Below the pieces are notes generated by a model. It was given only the letters and a program-made list of their open reading frames with translations, made no database searches and was not told the origin of the DNA. Of a stretch of DNA of 64,000 nt, positions 9,675 through 19,900 are shown piece after piece. The stretch is from contig DALI01000049.1 in the NCBI GenBank assembly GCA_002496725.1, positions 1,772 through 65,771 on the forward strand, read 5' to 3'. Numbering within the stretch: position 1 is the stretch's first letter; each line of letters starts with the position of its first letter. Position numbers and translations under genes: made by a program. This DNA is from Euryarchaeota archaeon UBA181. GTDB lineage: Archaea > Thermoplasmatota > Poseidoniia > Poseidoniales > Thalassarchaeaceae.

Positions 9675-10475
9675 GTGCCATGGCATGCCATGGCTACAGG
9701 CATGTGGCAAACCCAAGCGGCATTCGCCATAGGCATAATCGGTGTTTTCGTTGGCTGGCGTGGCTCTATAGCTAGGATGACAGGTTTTTTCGATCTCTCG
9801 GGCTCGGTAAAATACCTACTTTTCGGCATTGTATCCGGGATGTTACTTGCATCAGCTGCCGACTCAATGATTTTGTCGGGAATTATCACCGGGCAAGTTA
9901 ATATCGTTACCGCGGCATCATATGCGCTACTGATAGCAATCGCAGAGTCGGCATTCGTACTATTCTTACTGGGGAGGCCCAGAAATGTGGCTCTGAGAGC
10001 GTCCCCTCCTTTCGGATGGACGTTAGGTCTTGGCATCGGTGCCATGCAAGCTTCCGTTCTGGCTTTCAGATTGTTTGACGAAGAACTCAATTCATCATTT
10101 TCGGGATTCTCCCCCTACTCAATATTGATCTCTTTGCTGATTTCCATTACTGCCTGCACAGGACATGCTATGCTGGCAACATACCAAGGAGCGATGATTC
10201 TAGAGCCGAGTAGACTCGGGCCATTCTTCTCAACATCCATTCTCAGGGCCATTCTTCTTCTTTCTGTTATCTTGTCAATTTTTACTCCAGTTATTTTGTT
10301 GGCTCCCTTGACTGCAATAGTTGCGGCTTGGGCCCCCTCCCAAGAGAGGTGGCTGCCCTCAGGCCTCACTCCAGCGGCTAGACAGGCATATAGGAGGACT
10401 ACAAGGCAGTCAGAGAGGCACAGGACTGCCTCAAACACCAGGAAAAGAGGCTCCCCAGTCAGTGAAGAGGAATAG
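9675..10475 (+). CDS. Hypothetical polytopic membrane protein of about 7 TM helices, divergent from srp54.
   Basis: 266 aa, hydrophobic helices with a basic C-terminal tail. The opposite strand here is only the spurious SRP54 extension. Confidence 0.4.
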   Translation: MPWHAMATGMWQTQAAFAIGIIGVFVGWRGSIARMTGFFDLSGSVKYLLFGIVSGMLLASAADSMILSGIITGQVNIVTAASYALLIAIAESAFVLFLLGRPRNVALRASPPFGWTLGLGIGAMQASVLAFRLFDEELNSSFSGFSPYSILISLLISITACTGHAMLATYQGAMILEPSRLGPFFSTSILRAILLLSVILSIFTPVILLAPLTAIVAAWAPSQERWLPSGLTPAARQAYRRTTRQSERHRTASNTRKRGSPVSEEE

Positions 10476-10514
10476 CACATAAACTCATCATTGGGGTTTT
10501 ATCGGGCATGCGTA

Positions 10515-10545
10515 TGGCGCATGATTATATTCATCCGGTCAAGGG
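10515..10545 (+). promoter_or_regulatory. Putative archaeal TATA/BRE promoter for trkA. The transcript is probably leaderless or near-leaderless.
   Basis: gattatattc lies about 27–33 nt upstream of the trkA start codon at 10555. Confidence 0.25.
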
Positions 10546-10554
10546 TTATGGTCA

Positions 10555-11973
10555 ATGAGGGTGATTATAGCCGGAGCAGGCGAGGTCGGACGTGGAGTTG
10601 CAGCCGCTTTGCGCCAGGAGCGTAGAAGCGTCGCACTCATTGACCCAGACCCATCTGCTATCAATGAATCACAGTATCTCGATTGTCTTCTGATAACCGG
10701 GAGTGCCCTCTCCAGAGATTCTCTGATGAGGGCTGGAATAAGTGATGCTGAAATTTTCATCATGGCTACTAATGACGATATGGTGAATCTCCTAGGGTGC
10801 TCCTTTGCGAAAAAGGTCTACAGTGAGTTAGTAGGAGAGAGGAATGCAACTGGCTTGAGGACTATTGCCAATATCAACGACCCCACTCTAGACCATCCTT
10901 CGAGGGGTGCAGGGCCTCTTAGCAACTGGACTAGGGCCGATCATATTGTCAGCGCTGCCGATGAGATAGTGGATCAGCTAGCCGCTAGTCTGCTAGCCCC
11001 CTCTATTGACGAGATTCTGCCCCTTGGCGAATCATCATGGATTGCATCCAGCGTAGTTACTACATCTTCTGCACTCATCGGAACCACCACTGGAGAGGTA
11101 GGGGGTATATTCTCCGGGATGCCCTCGATATACGCCATAAAAAAATCCGAAAAGAAAGGAGTTCTATGCAACGGGGACGAAATAATCGAGCCAGGCGATA
11201 TCCTAGTCTTCGTCTCGAACTCAACAGATCAATTCTCACAGATAACACGTAGCGTTGGAAAGACGGATCCGGAATTGAAAGAGAAGGCACAGATAGCTAT
11301 TTTCGGAGCCAGCCAGTTTGGAGTCAGGCTGACTGGCCATTATCTCAGGAGAGGGCATAGTGTTGTTGTCATAGAGCCGGACCTAGACTTGGCAAATGAA
11401 CTCGTAGGCTCAACTGTGGGAAATAGCAAGAGGTTGGATGTCATTCACGGGGACCCCCAAGACGAGGAGCTTCTGAGAGAGCTAGATATCCACAGTCACG
11501 ATATTGCTGTCGCCGCTCTCGAGGATGACAATCTCAATATCGCCATTTCCATGAGGGCCAAGGACAAGGGCGTTCAGAGGACTGGCCTTGTCCTCAAGGA
11601 CAGAGCCCTAGTGGAAGCCGTTCATCGTATCGGGACAATAAACCCCGTTAGTAGGAGACTAGTGGTAGTGACAGGGATTTTGAAATCAATCCATATGAAT
11701 GTGCCAGGGACCTTCCAAGTGATTCCTAATGTCTCAGAGGTCATTTCAATTTCGGCGGAGGTAAAGAGCGATCAAGGAATTGAAGGAAAGTCAGTATCCA
11801 AAGTAGAATCCAAGCTTGGGGCCAGAGTAGCCATGGTAGACAGGGTTCAGGAAGATGGTAAGACTATCGTACTTGATCCCAGTGACGTAGAATCTATTCA
11901 ACTAGGCGATCGTCTGTACATTCTTTTGCTCAAAGAGCACCTGAAGAAGCTTGAGAAGACTTTCGGGAGCTAA
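10555..11973 (+). CDS. trkA: Trk potassium uptake regulatory subunit TrkA (tandem RCK/NAD-binding domains).
   Basis: Two Rossmann starts, MRVIIAGAGEVGRGVA and IAIFGASQFGVRL, each followed by a TrkA-C-like segment. Length 472 aa. Confidence 0.8.
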   Translation: MRVIIAGAGEVGRGVAAALRQERRSVALIDPDPSAINESQYLDCLLITGSALSRDSLMRAGISDAEIFIMATNDDMVNLLGCSFAKKVYSELVGERNATGLRTIANINDPTLDHPSRGAGPLSNWTRADHIVSAADEIVDQLAASLLAPSIDEILPLGESSWIASSVVTTSSALIGTTTGEVGGIFSGMPSIYAIKKSEKKGVLCNGDEIIEPGDILVFVSNSTDQFSQITRSVGKTDPELKEKAQIAIFGASQFGVRLTGHYLRRGHSVVVIEPDLDLANELVGSTVGNSKRLDVIHGDPQDEELLRELDIHSHDIAVAALEDDNLNIAISMRAKDKGVQRTGLVLKDRALVEAVHRIGTINPVSRRLVVVTGILKSIHMNVPGTFQVIPNVSEVISISAEVKSDQGIEGKSVSKVESKLGARVAMVDRVQEDGKTIVLDPSDVESIQLGDRLYILLLKEHLKKLEKTFGS

Positions 11974-11975
11974 TC

Positions 11976-13544
11976 ATGCGCTGGGACGTGGTCGGCTTTG
12001 TTTTGGGCTGGACGATTAGGCTGGTAGCTCTCCCACTAGCAATAGTTGCGGCATATAGTTGCTATTTGGAAGCCGAGGGCTATGAATTTGCCACTAGGGC
12101 ATATCTTCTCCCTCTATTGCTAGCCGCAGTTGTCGGGCAAGGCCTCGTCTCTTTAGCCAAGGGAGCTGATACGGCATCGAGATTGAGGGACAAGGAAGCT
12201 TTCGCGTCTGTTGCTCTTGGTTGGATTCCAGTGGTCATCCTCGGTGCCCTCCCCTATTGGCTGGGGGGTGTATTCTACGGCCCCCTGGATCTCTCTACGG
12301 ACACTGTCGGAATTGTAGACGTTCTCTCAGGTGCCGTCCATTCATGGTTTGAATCGATGTCAGGATTCACTACTACCGGTTCCACGGTAATTGACCACAC
12401 AACTAGTCCAAGATGCCTAGAAGTATCAGATTGCATAAGTGCCCAGCCACAGAGTCTGATACTGTGGAGGTCACTTACCCAATGGCTTGGGGGGATGGGT
12501 GTCATTATGTTGGGTCTGCTGATATTATCTCAGGCTCTCGGAGGCGGAATGTCCCTAGCTAGGGCAGAGCTAACCGGTCCATCACTTTCCAGATTAGGCC
12601 CATCACTACAGTGGACCGCAAGGAGACTTTGGACGATATATATCGTTCTTACAGCCATTGAGGTGATGCTTCTCAGATTCGTTGGAGAGATGAGTGTCTT
12701 CGACTCGGTGAATTATGCCCTTACCACTCTTTCCTCTGGGGGTTTCGGTACCACTGATGGTGGAATAATGGCTTTCGGATCAGCTAGGATAGAAGTAATT
12801 CTCATGGTATTCATGGTCCTCACTTGCATAAACTTCAGCTTATTGCACTTAGTCCTATCAGGGAGATCAAAGGAAGCCATCAAGGATGGCGAAGTTCGGA
12901 CTTATCTGTTTATCCTACTCGTTGCATGGATTTCTATGGCATTCAACATCTATCAATCAGGCTCGCAAGACCTCGGTTTTCTTGAAACCATTAGGCACTC
13001 AATGTTCCAAGCTATATCCATATCAAGTACCGGGTATTCCTCGGCAGATTTCGCTGCTTGGCCTCTCTTCAGTCAATTCGTATTACTGCTTTTGATGATC
13101 ATAGGGGCTACAGCTGGATCGACAGGCGGCGGCTTGAAGGTTCTAAGAATCAGAATAGCATTCGAATTATCGAAAAGAGAGATTCTGAAAATAATACAGC
13201 CCAGGAAAGTGGTGGCTATCAGATTCAATGATGAAGTGATTGACGAGAGAAGAATCTGGACCGTCCTAGGCATGCTCAGTTCCTGGACGGTACTGGTTAC
13301 CGCCTCGATACTAGCTTTCTCTTTCTTGGAGCCATCTTTGGACATGACCGATGTTCTTTCTGTTTCCTTGTCGCTACTTGGTAACACCGGGCCAGCACTT
13401 GGTGCCTTTGGCCCCACGGCAACATGGGCATCACTAGGGGAGCCCTCGATGATAATCGCCTCTCTACTAATGTGGCTCGGCCGTCTTGAACTACTCACCG
13501 TCTTGGTTTTACTACACCCGAAAACATGGCGAAGTGACAATTAG
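11976..13544 (+). CDS. trkH: Trk/Ktr potassium transporter membrane subunit TrkH.
   Basis: Selectivity-filter-like motifs MSGFTTTGSTVI, SSGGFGT and GSTGGGLK. Immediately downstream of trkA. Confidence 0.8.
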   Translation: MRWDVVGFVLGWTIRLVALPLAIVAAYSCYLEAEGYEFATRAYLLPLLLAAVVGQGLVSLAKGADTASRLRDKEAFASVALGWIPVVILGALPYWLGGVFYGPLDLSTDTVGIVDVLSGAVHSWFESMSGFTTTGSTVIDHTTSPRCLEVSDCISAQPQSLILWRSLTQWLGGMGVIMLGLLILSQALGGGMSLARAELTGPSLSRLGPSLQWTARRLWTIYIVLTAIEVMLLRFVGEMSVFDSVNYALTTLSSGGFGTTDGGIMAFGSARIEVILMVFMVLTCINFSLLHLVLSGRSKEAIKDGEVRTYLFILLVAWISMAFNIYQSGSQDLGFLETIRHSMFQAISISSTGYSSADFAAWPLFSQFVLLLLMIIGATAGSTGGGLKVLRIRIAFELSKREILKIIQPRKVVAIRFNDEVIDERRIWTVLGMLSSWTVLVTASILAFSFLEPSLDMTDVLSVSLSLLGNTGPALGAFGPTATWASLGEPSMIIASLLMWLGRLELLTVLVLLHPKTWRSDN

Positions 13545-15037
13545 AAAGAATCCAATGTGAATTGTTTGTCACCAGACTCTGAAGCCTTGATATTAGGTGT
13601 GACATCCTCTTCATTTGCTTCCACGTGTTCGTCTTTCTGATCGATTTCATCAAATTTTTTTATTATCAATTTTCCCTGCTTGCTACTCTTTGCTATTCCA
13701 TGCAAAGACAGGTGTTCCTCGACCCCAATGCCCATTCTGGAGGAGAGGCTGAAATCCATAGGGTCGCCTCCAAGTGATTCATCATGGACAGCCAATAACA
13801 AGGGCCAAAGCTCCTCTCTGAATGACGACCGACTCGTAGATACCTTGCTTGACATAGTGGTGACGACATTCACACTCCTCCATGACTCGCTGCCACGTCT
13901 TAGAAAATCAGGATACCCCAAGTATGGATCGGACGTTATTGGAGTCTCCGATACTGCGGCTTGCGATGTTAGGGCCGAGCCCCAGTACCATGACCTGAAA
14001 GCACGATTAGTAAATTTAGTCGCTAACGATCTGTCCGCTAATTCCATAGCTCCACTGATCGACGAGAGGCCCTTGGAATCGAATACAGATTGATTATTCC
14101 AGGAGAACCAAGCAAGCATCTGATCAGGATCCTTGTCACTGTTTCTTAGGATCTCTGATGCCAACTGCCCATTCCTACTGGAGTATATCTCCTTCATGGC
14201 CCTGAAAACATCAATTTGTGAGTCTCTAATTGCTACAGACCTAAGTCCTCTAACTTCTTCGATAGTGATGTGCCCCTCAGATAGTGCCGATACCGCTTGA
14301 AGGTCCCTCACAAGGGCCCTAAGATCTCCTGGATTTCCAGAAATTAGCTCCTCCAAAGCACCGGGATCAATAGAAATGCCCTCCTCATCGAGAATTCTGT
14401 ATGCAATCTTCCTCATATCTCCCTGATTGGCCCTCTTGAACTGAATCATGTCAGCCAGTCTCAGTACTCTGTCTCTATTCATCCTCCACGATCTCCCACT
14501 TCCCCACAACCTCATGGGGTCATTACAAGTCATAATGACCGGTTGCATGGATGAACTAAGGAGATTCATCAGCTCCGCTTTCCCCCCAGAGTCTCCTGAG
14601 ATATTCTTAGAACCGTCATCAGATGAGATTGATTTCCCTATCCTATCTTCTGATATCTTTGAGAACCCCCCTGCAAGATGATCTACCTCATCTAAGAGAA
14701 TAACGGTTTTTCCCTCAGTTGACGATCCACTGGAGAATAGATCCAGCGAAATATGCTGAGACCCCCTCGTCGCGACCTTTCTGATAGAGGCTGCATTCCT
14801 CTCCTCCGAAGCATTTAGCTCTATGATGGCCCACTCCCTCTCCTTTGCCACAGCCTTTGCCAGAGTGGTCTTGCCAACTCCTGGGGGGCCGGAAAGCAAG
14901 ATACCTCTCTTTTTGGGAATCTTATCGCCCCTCCAACTATCTAGCCATTGCCTGATAGTACTGATCTGCGCACCATTCCCTTCCATCTCCCTGATGTTAC
15001 CTGGACGGTAGCGTTCAGTCCAATCGTCAGCAGACAC
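13541..15037 (-). CDS. rfcL: Replication factor C large subunit.
   Basis: WTERYRP N-terminal box, Walker A LSGPPGVGKTT, ILLDEVD, then a C-terminal acidic tail. Length 498 aa. Confidence 0.8.
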   Translation of the reverse strand: MSADDWTERYRPGNIREMEGNGAQISTIRQWLDSWRGDKIPKKRGILLSGPPGVGKTTLAKAVAKEREWAIIELNASEERNAASIRKVATRGSQHISLDLFSSGSSTEGKTVILLDEVDHLAGGFSKISEDRIGKSISSDDGSKNISGDSGGKAELMNLLSSSMQPVIMTCNDPMRLWGSGRSWRMNRDRVLRLADMIQFKRANQGDMRKIAYRILDEEGISIDPGALEELISGNPGDLRALVRDLQAVSALSEGHITIEEVRGLRSVAIRDSQIDVFRAMKEIYSSRNGQLASEILRNSDKDPDQMLAWFSWNNQSVFDSKGLSSISGAMELADRSLATKFTNRAFRSWYWGSALTSQAAVSETPITSDPYLGYPDFLRRGSESWRSVNVVTTMSSKVSTSRSSFREELWPLLLAVHDESLGGDPMDFSLSSRMGIGVEEHLSLHGIAKSSKQGKLIIKKFDEIDQKDEHVEANEEDVTPNIKASESGDKQFTLDSF

Positions 15038-15075
15038 GTTTGCCCGTTGAGTAGGGGCCCCATGAAGATTGGGAG

Positions 15076-16794
15076 TCAGAATAGAGATTCTATAGTTCGA
15101 TTTTTAACGTGCACTATCAATTCCTCGGAGCTTATTCTAACTTGTCTTTGATCATCTCTCTTTCTTACGGTGACAGTCCCGTCATCAAGGGTTGAGTGAT
15201 CAACGGTAATGGCCCAAGGGACTCCAATCTCATCTGCCCTGGCGTACCTTTTACCGATTGACCCAGAAGAGTCGATATCCGCATGAATCCCTCTAATGGT
15301 AGAAACTTGATTGAACATACCCCTCGCAAATTCACCCATTCCATCCTTGTCGAATAGGGGTAATATCGACAGGTCATATGGGCATACCGTTTCACTCAAT
15401 CTTAGGGTGACATAGCCTTCCTCGTCCTTCCCATCCTCAATGAAGGAATGATCAAGAACATGCCAGATTATTCTATCTATGCCGAATGCGGGCTCTATCA
15501 CATGGGGTGTAAACCATTCTCCGTGAATATTTCTCTCCTCCTTCACCAAGCTAACCATTTCCTTTGTTATTTCAGCCTCGAAACCACCATCCAGAACTAT
15601 GGTGAATGGAAAGGATCCCGGTATGTCGACCAATTCAGAAATAGCGGTGGAAATAGCACCCGCCCTTTGCTTGAATAATGGCCCAATAACTGAACTATTG
15701 GGAGAGAGTCCCTCCTTGAATATTTTCTTAGGGGTAACAAACTGCCTCCAAGAGCGGAGGAGGTTGCTCCCTGAATGCAATTCATGGGATTCGAGATCAT
15801 GGCAGGTTCTATTCGCTATGCCTACGCACTCAATCCAATCATATTCTCCCAGAATCTCACAGTCCCAGCAGTCAGATGCGTAATGCGCCATTTCCGAACC
15901 AGCGTGTTGCCTAAACCTAATCTTTTCAGAATCAATTCCAATTTTGGTCAAGAAATCATATGTTCTTGCCATAAACCAAGCTACGGTACTGTGCTTAATC
16001 AATCCCGATTGGTTTGCCTCACTGAAGGTTGATCTAATTTCTCCTTGATTCTCACCTTCTGGATCAGGAATCAGACTAATCTTGTCAGTATATTGTCCCA
16101 GATCTCCGCATGGTTGGTCCAATGGATCTATGAAGTATTCTAATTCGGCCATATTGAATTCCCTCAGTCTAATCATCCCCTTCCTAGGGCTGATTTCATT
16201 CCTATATCCTCTACCTGTCTGGACCGCACCAAAAGGTAATTTTTGCTTAAAATGACGATATAATGAGGGGAATAGCATAAACATTCCCTGAGCTGTTTCA
16301 GGCCTCATGTATGCTTCTCTTCCCCCACCCATGGCACCGATAGTTGTGGGGAACATCAGGTTCATTGGCCTAGCTTTAGCCCATTCTCCTCCTTGACAGT
16401 TGGGACAAGTTACCGAGTTTGAAGAAATGAGCGAATCCAGCTCTTCTCCTTCCAAAGTATCTGGACTGGGATGCATACCCTCGACTAAGTGATCACTGCG
16501 AAAGATAGCATTACAGGACAAACATTCAGACATCTGATCATTAAATTCGCCAACATGTCCACTTGCAACTAGAACTGCCTTGGGAGTAATGGTGGGCGAA
16601 TCAACCTCCACGATGTCACCATTCGAGGTCCAGTGATCGATCCATGCTTGAATCACCTTGCGCTTTATCCTAGCTCCAACCGGGCCATAATCAACCAACC
16701 CTGCCACTCCGCCATAAATCTCAAACGAAGGCAGTACAATGCCACGACGGCGCATCATAGATGTGAGCCTGTCAAGCCTCCTAGATTCGGGCAT
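15076..16794 (-). CDS. glyS: Glycyl-tRNA synthetase, archaeal/eukaryotic alpha2 type.
   Basis: N-terminal RRGIVLPSFEIYGGVAGLVDYGPVG and class II motifs. Length 572 aa. Confidence 0.9.
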   Translation of the reverse strand: MPESRRLDRLTSMMRRRGIVLPSFEIYGGVAGLVDYGPVGARIKRKVIQAWIDHWTSNGDIVEVDSPTITPKAVLVASGHVGEFNDQMSECLSCNAIFRSDHLVEGMHPSPDTLEGEELDSLISSNSVTCPNCQGGEWAKARPMNLMFPTTIGAMGGGREAYMRPETAQGMFMLFPSLYRHFKQKLPFGAVQTGRGYRNEISPRKGMIRLREFNMAELEYFIDPLDQPCGDLGQYTDKISLIPDPEGENQGEIRSTFSEANQSGLIKHSTVAWFMARTYDFLTKIGIDSEKIRFRQHAGSEMAHYASDCWDCEILGEYDWIECVGIANRTCHDLESHELHSGSNLLRSWRQFVTPKKIFKEGLSPNSSVIGPLFKQRAGAISTAISELVDIPGSFPFTIVLDGGFEAEITKEMVSLVKEERNIHGEWFTPHVIEPAFGIDRIIWHVLDHSFIEDGKDEEGYVTLRLSETVCPYDLSILPLFDKDGMGEFARGMFNQVSTIRGIHADIDSSGSIGKRYARADEIGVPWAITVDHSTLDDGTVTVRKRDDQRQVRISSEELIVHVKNRTIESLF

Positions 16795-16949
16795 TGTATC
16801 GGCGACTCCATCACCTGTCTTTCAAGCCATCCTTGAGATTGGGGCCGATGAACAGGAACCGAGGGGTATTTTGCCATGTCACACAGACTCAAAAATGAGA
16901 CTCTTAGAGAAGCATTGATGTACTCTTAGGAAGCCCAACAGAGTGATAG

Positions 16950-19900
16950 GTGCCTAAAAAAATGCCAATTATAGAGTATGTAGAAGATAGGATGGAGACA
17001 GAAGAGCTCCTTGAGAGGCTATGTCCCCCTGTCAGGAATTGGTTCAAGGACAAGTTCCCCGACTTTACAGAGCCCCAGAAGGTAGCCATTCCGAGGATTC
17101 TCAACGGAGAGCATCTATTGCTCTGCTCGCCCACTGGATCAGGCAAGACTCTGACAGCATTCTTGACAATAATTGATGATCTAGTAAGACGCTCCCTGGA
17201 TGGCACACTTCCAGATTCTGTTCAGTGCGTCTACATCTCTCCAATCAAGGCTCTAGCCAATGATATCGAGAAGAACCTACTCGGCCCTCTTGGCGAGATT
17301 AAGGAAAAATACCTTCCAAGTCGGGCCAAGGAAATAAAAGTTGGACTTAGAACTGGCGATACCCCTCAGAGCGAGAGGCAAAAGATGCTAAGAAAACCCC
17401 CTCACATCTTGATTACAACACCAGAGTCCCTAGGCCTAGGGCTGGCATCAAAGAGATTCAGACCTATCCTTGATCAGATGAAATGGTTCATCATTGATGA
17501 AATGCACTCACTAGTCCCCACTAAGAGGGGGACTCATCTATCTCTCAGTATGGCATTGATGGACTCCGTTGTTTCTTCCGATGTCCAGAGAATTGGAATT
17601 AGTGCAACTATGGAGCCACTGGATGCAGTAGCGGAATTCTTAGTCGCTAGCGACCCAAGAGAATCAGATATTCATTCCCAGAATGACGACAACGAATCCA
17701 GTGAATTGGAAATACAGCCCCAGAAAGTCGCTATCGCAAAAATTTCTGGTGACAGAGAACTAGATTTAGATATTATACTGCCCAGTCCAAGATTCAGCTC
17801 CATCCCTGTAAAGGAAATCTTGGATCATAATGTGGATAGGATCAAAGAATTAGCAGAGGCACATACAACCACACTGGTATTCGTGAATACTAGGAATATG
17901 ACTGAAACAGTAGTCCAGAGGCTGAAGATTGCTGGAATGGAAGGCGTCGAGGGACATCATGGATCTATGGATAAGGCCATTAGACTAGATGTTGAAAGCC
18001 AGCTAAAGAAGGGCCTATTGAGATGCGTAGTATCCTCATCTAGCTTGGAGATGGGGATAGATATCGGTTCTGTTGATCTTGTCATACAAGTGGGTTCTCC
18101 GGGTTCCATAGCCACGGCTCTTCAGAGGATAGGTAGAGCAGGACACCAAGTTGACGGGCTCCCTAGGGCCAGGTTCCTTCCAACATCGCCACATGATTTG
18201 ATGGAGCTCGTAGCGTTACAGATGGCAATCTTAGAAGGCGAGATGGATTTACTGAAATTCCCCGAGAATTCTCTAGACGTACTTGCACAGTTCCTTATCG
18301 GCCTGACAATCATCAGAGAGTGGGATATCGATGACGCGTATCGCTTAGTGACATCATCATGGCCCTACAAATCCCTCCCCTATGATGATTACATAGAGGT
18401 CCTAGATATGCTAGACGAGGAGAGGAGACTCTGGCTCGATTGGGAGGATAATAGATTCGGCAAGAGAGGATTCGCTCAGATGATATACTATACTAATATC
18501 GGGACTATAGCGCCCGACAATAGCTATCTAGTCTTCACAGGAGACGGCACTCTCGTTGGTCAGCTTTCCTCCTCATTCGTATCGAGTCTCAGGAATGGGG
18601 ACGTCTTCCTCCTAGGCGGCTCCACATACAGAGTTGCTAGCATAAGGGGCACTAGGGTCAATGTCACACCAGCAACTGGCTACAGGCCGACTATTCCGTC
18701 TTGGACTGGTGAGGCAAATAGTCGCACTCATGAGCTCAGTCAAGCTGTCCTGAGATTACTCAGCAAAATCTCTGTAGGGGCGAGAATGGGCACTGATTAC
18801 GAACCAATACTGACAGAGGCGTTACAGCTAAACAGGCCAGTGGCCCTTGCTCTGAAGCAGTTCTTGGATGAGCATGTTGCTACTACCTTCCAAGTCCCCT
18901 CCAATGATAGAATACTGATTGAGCAAGTCGACTCCCCACTGCCAACGTATGTGGTTACAACATGCAGAGGAAGGGCATTCAATTTAGCACTCGGATATTT
19001 GTTTGCTGGAATAGCATCCAAAGAAAATATAATTATTCACGAGCTTTCCTTTGATGAGAACGGATTTATGGCCAAGTTGAGCCACGAGGTAGAGATATCT
19101 AAGATCCCCGAAGTCTTCAGGAACGATACCAGTGAAGAAATCCTTCAGAGGTACATGATGGACTCCCAGCTATTCTCCAAGAGATTCAGGGAGGTCTCTT
19201 CTAGGAGCATGCTGAACCCACGGAGAATAGGTGCCGAGGAGGTCAGTCCAAAGCAATTCCAACTAAAAGCCGAGGCCATAATGACCAAACATCGACAGAT
19301 GGAAGGATCAGTAATTATCCGCGAGGCGATGAGTGAAATACTGAATGGCGATTTAGATATGGGGCAATTGCGGAACTTCATCTCAAGGATGGATAGTGAA
19401 GATGTACGTATAGTCCATCGTCGTGTGAAAATGCCATCTCCATTGGGTATGACGCTATTCATGTCTGCATTCGAGGATTTGCTGAGCCTTAGGACCAGGG
19501 CATACCTGATCAAAGACGTCGATCCCGAAATCCTAAGGCGCCTATTGGGGGCTAGATCACTAGCCACAGATCTCGATAGGGAGATGATAGGTGAGTACTA
19601 TCAGTCTAAGGTAGTCGTACCGAGAAACTCAATTGACCTACTGAGACTGATGGATATGGGTGGTGGCCTAGAGCGTGAACTGACTAATCCACTATACAAT
19701 TCAAAATTAAGCGGGATTGAAATTCCCGTGATTAGGAAATGGGTCCACGAGCTTGCAGAGAGGGGACTGATTACCAAGGTCAGGAATACTAATCATGAAC
19801 AGATTGACGATAAGTGGTTCTCTATGAGGATGGCTGGAGTACATGGGACGTTGGGGTGCCTGGCTGTTGCTGGGGCATCGGAGATGGAGGACCTTAGGGC

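Noticed and set aside
9614-10090. The 160-codon N-terminal extension of the srp54 track ORF.
   Set aside because: A genuine SRP54 N domain begins at MALDTLK. The upstream extension has no SRP54 similarity and overlaps a better membrane-protein ORF on the other strand.
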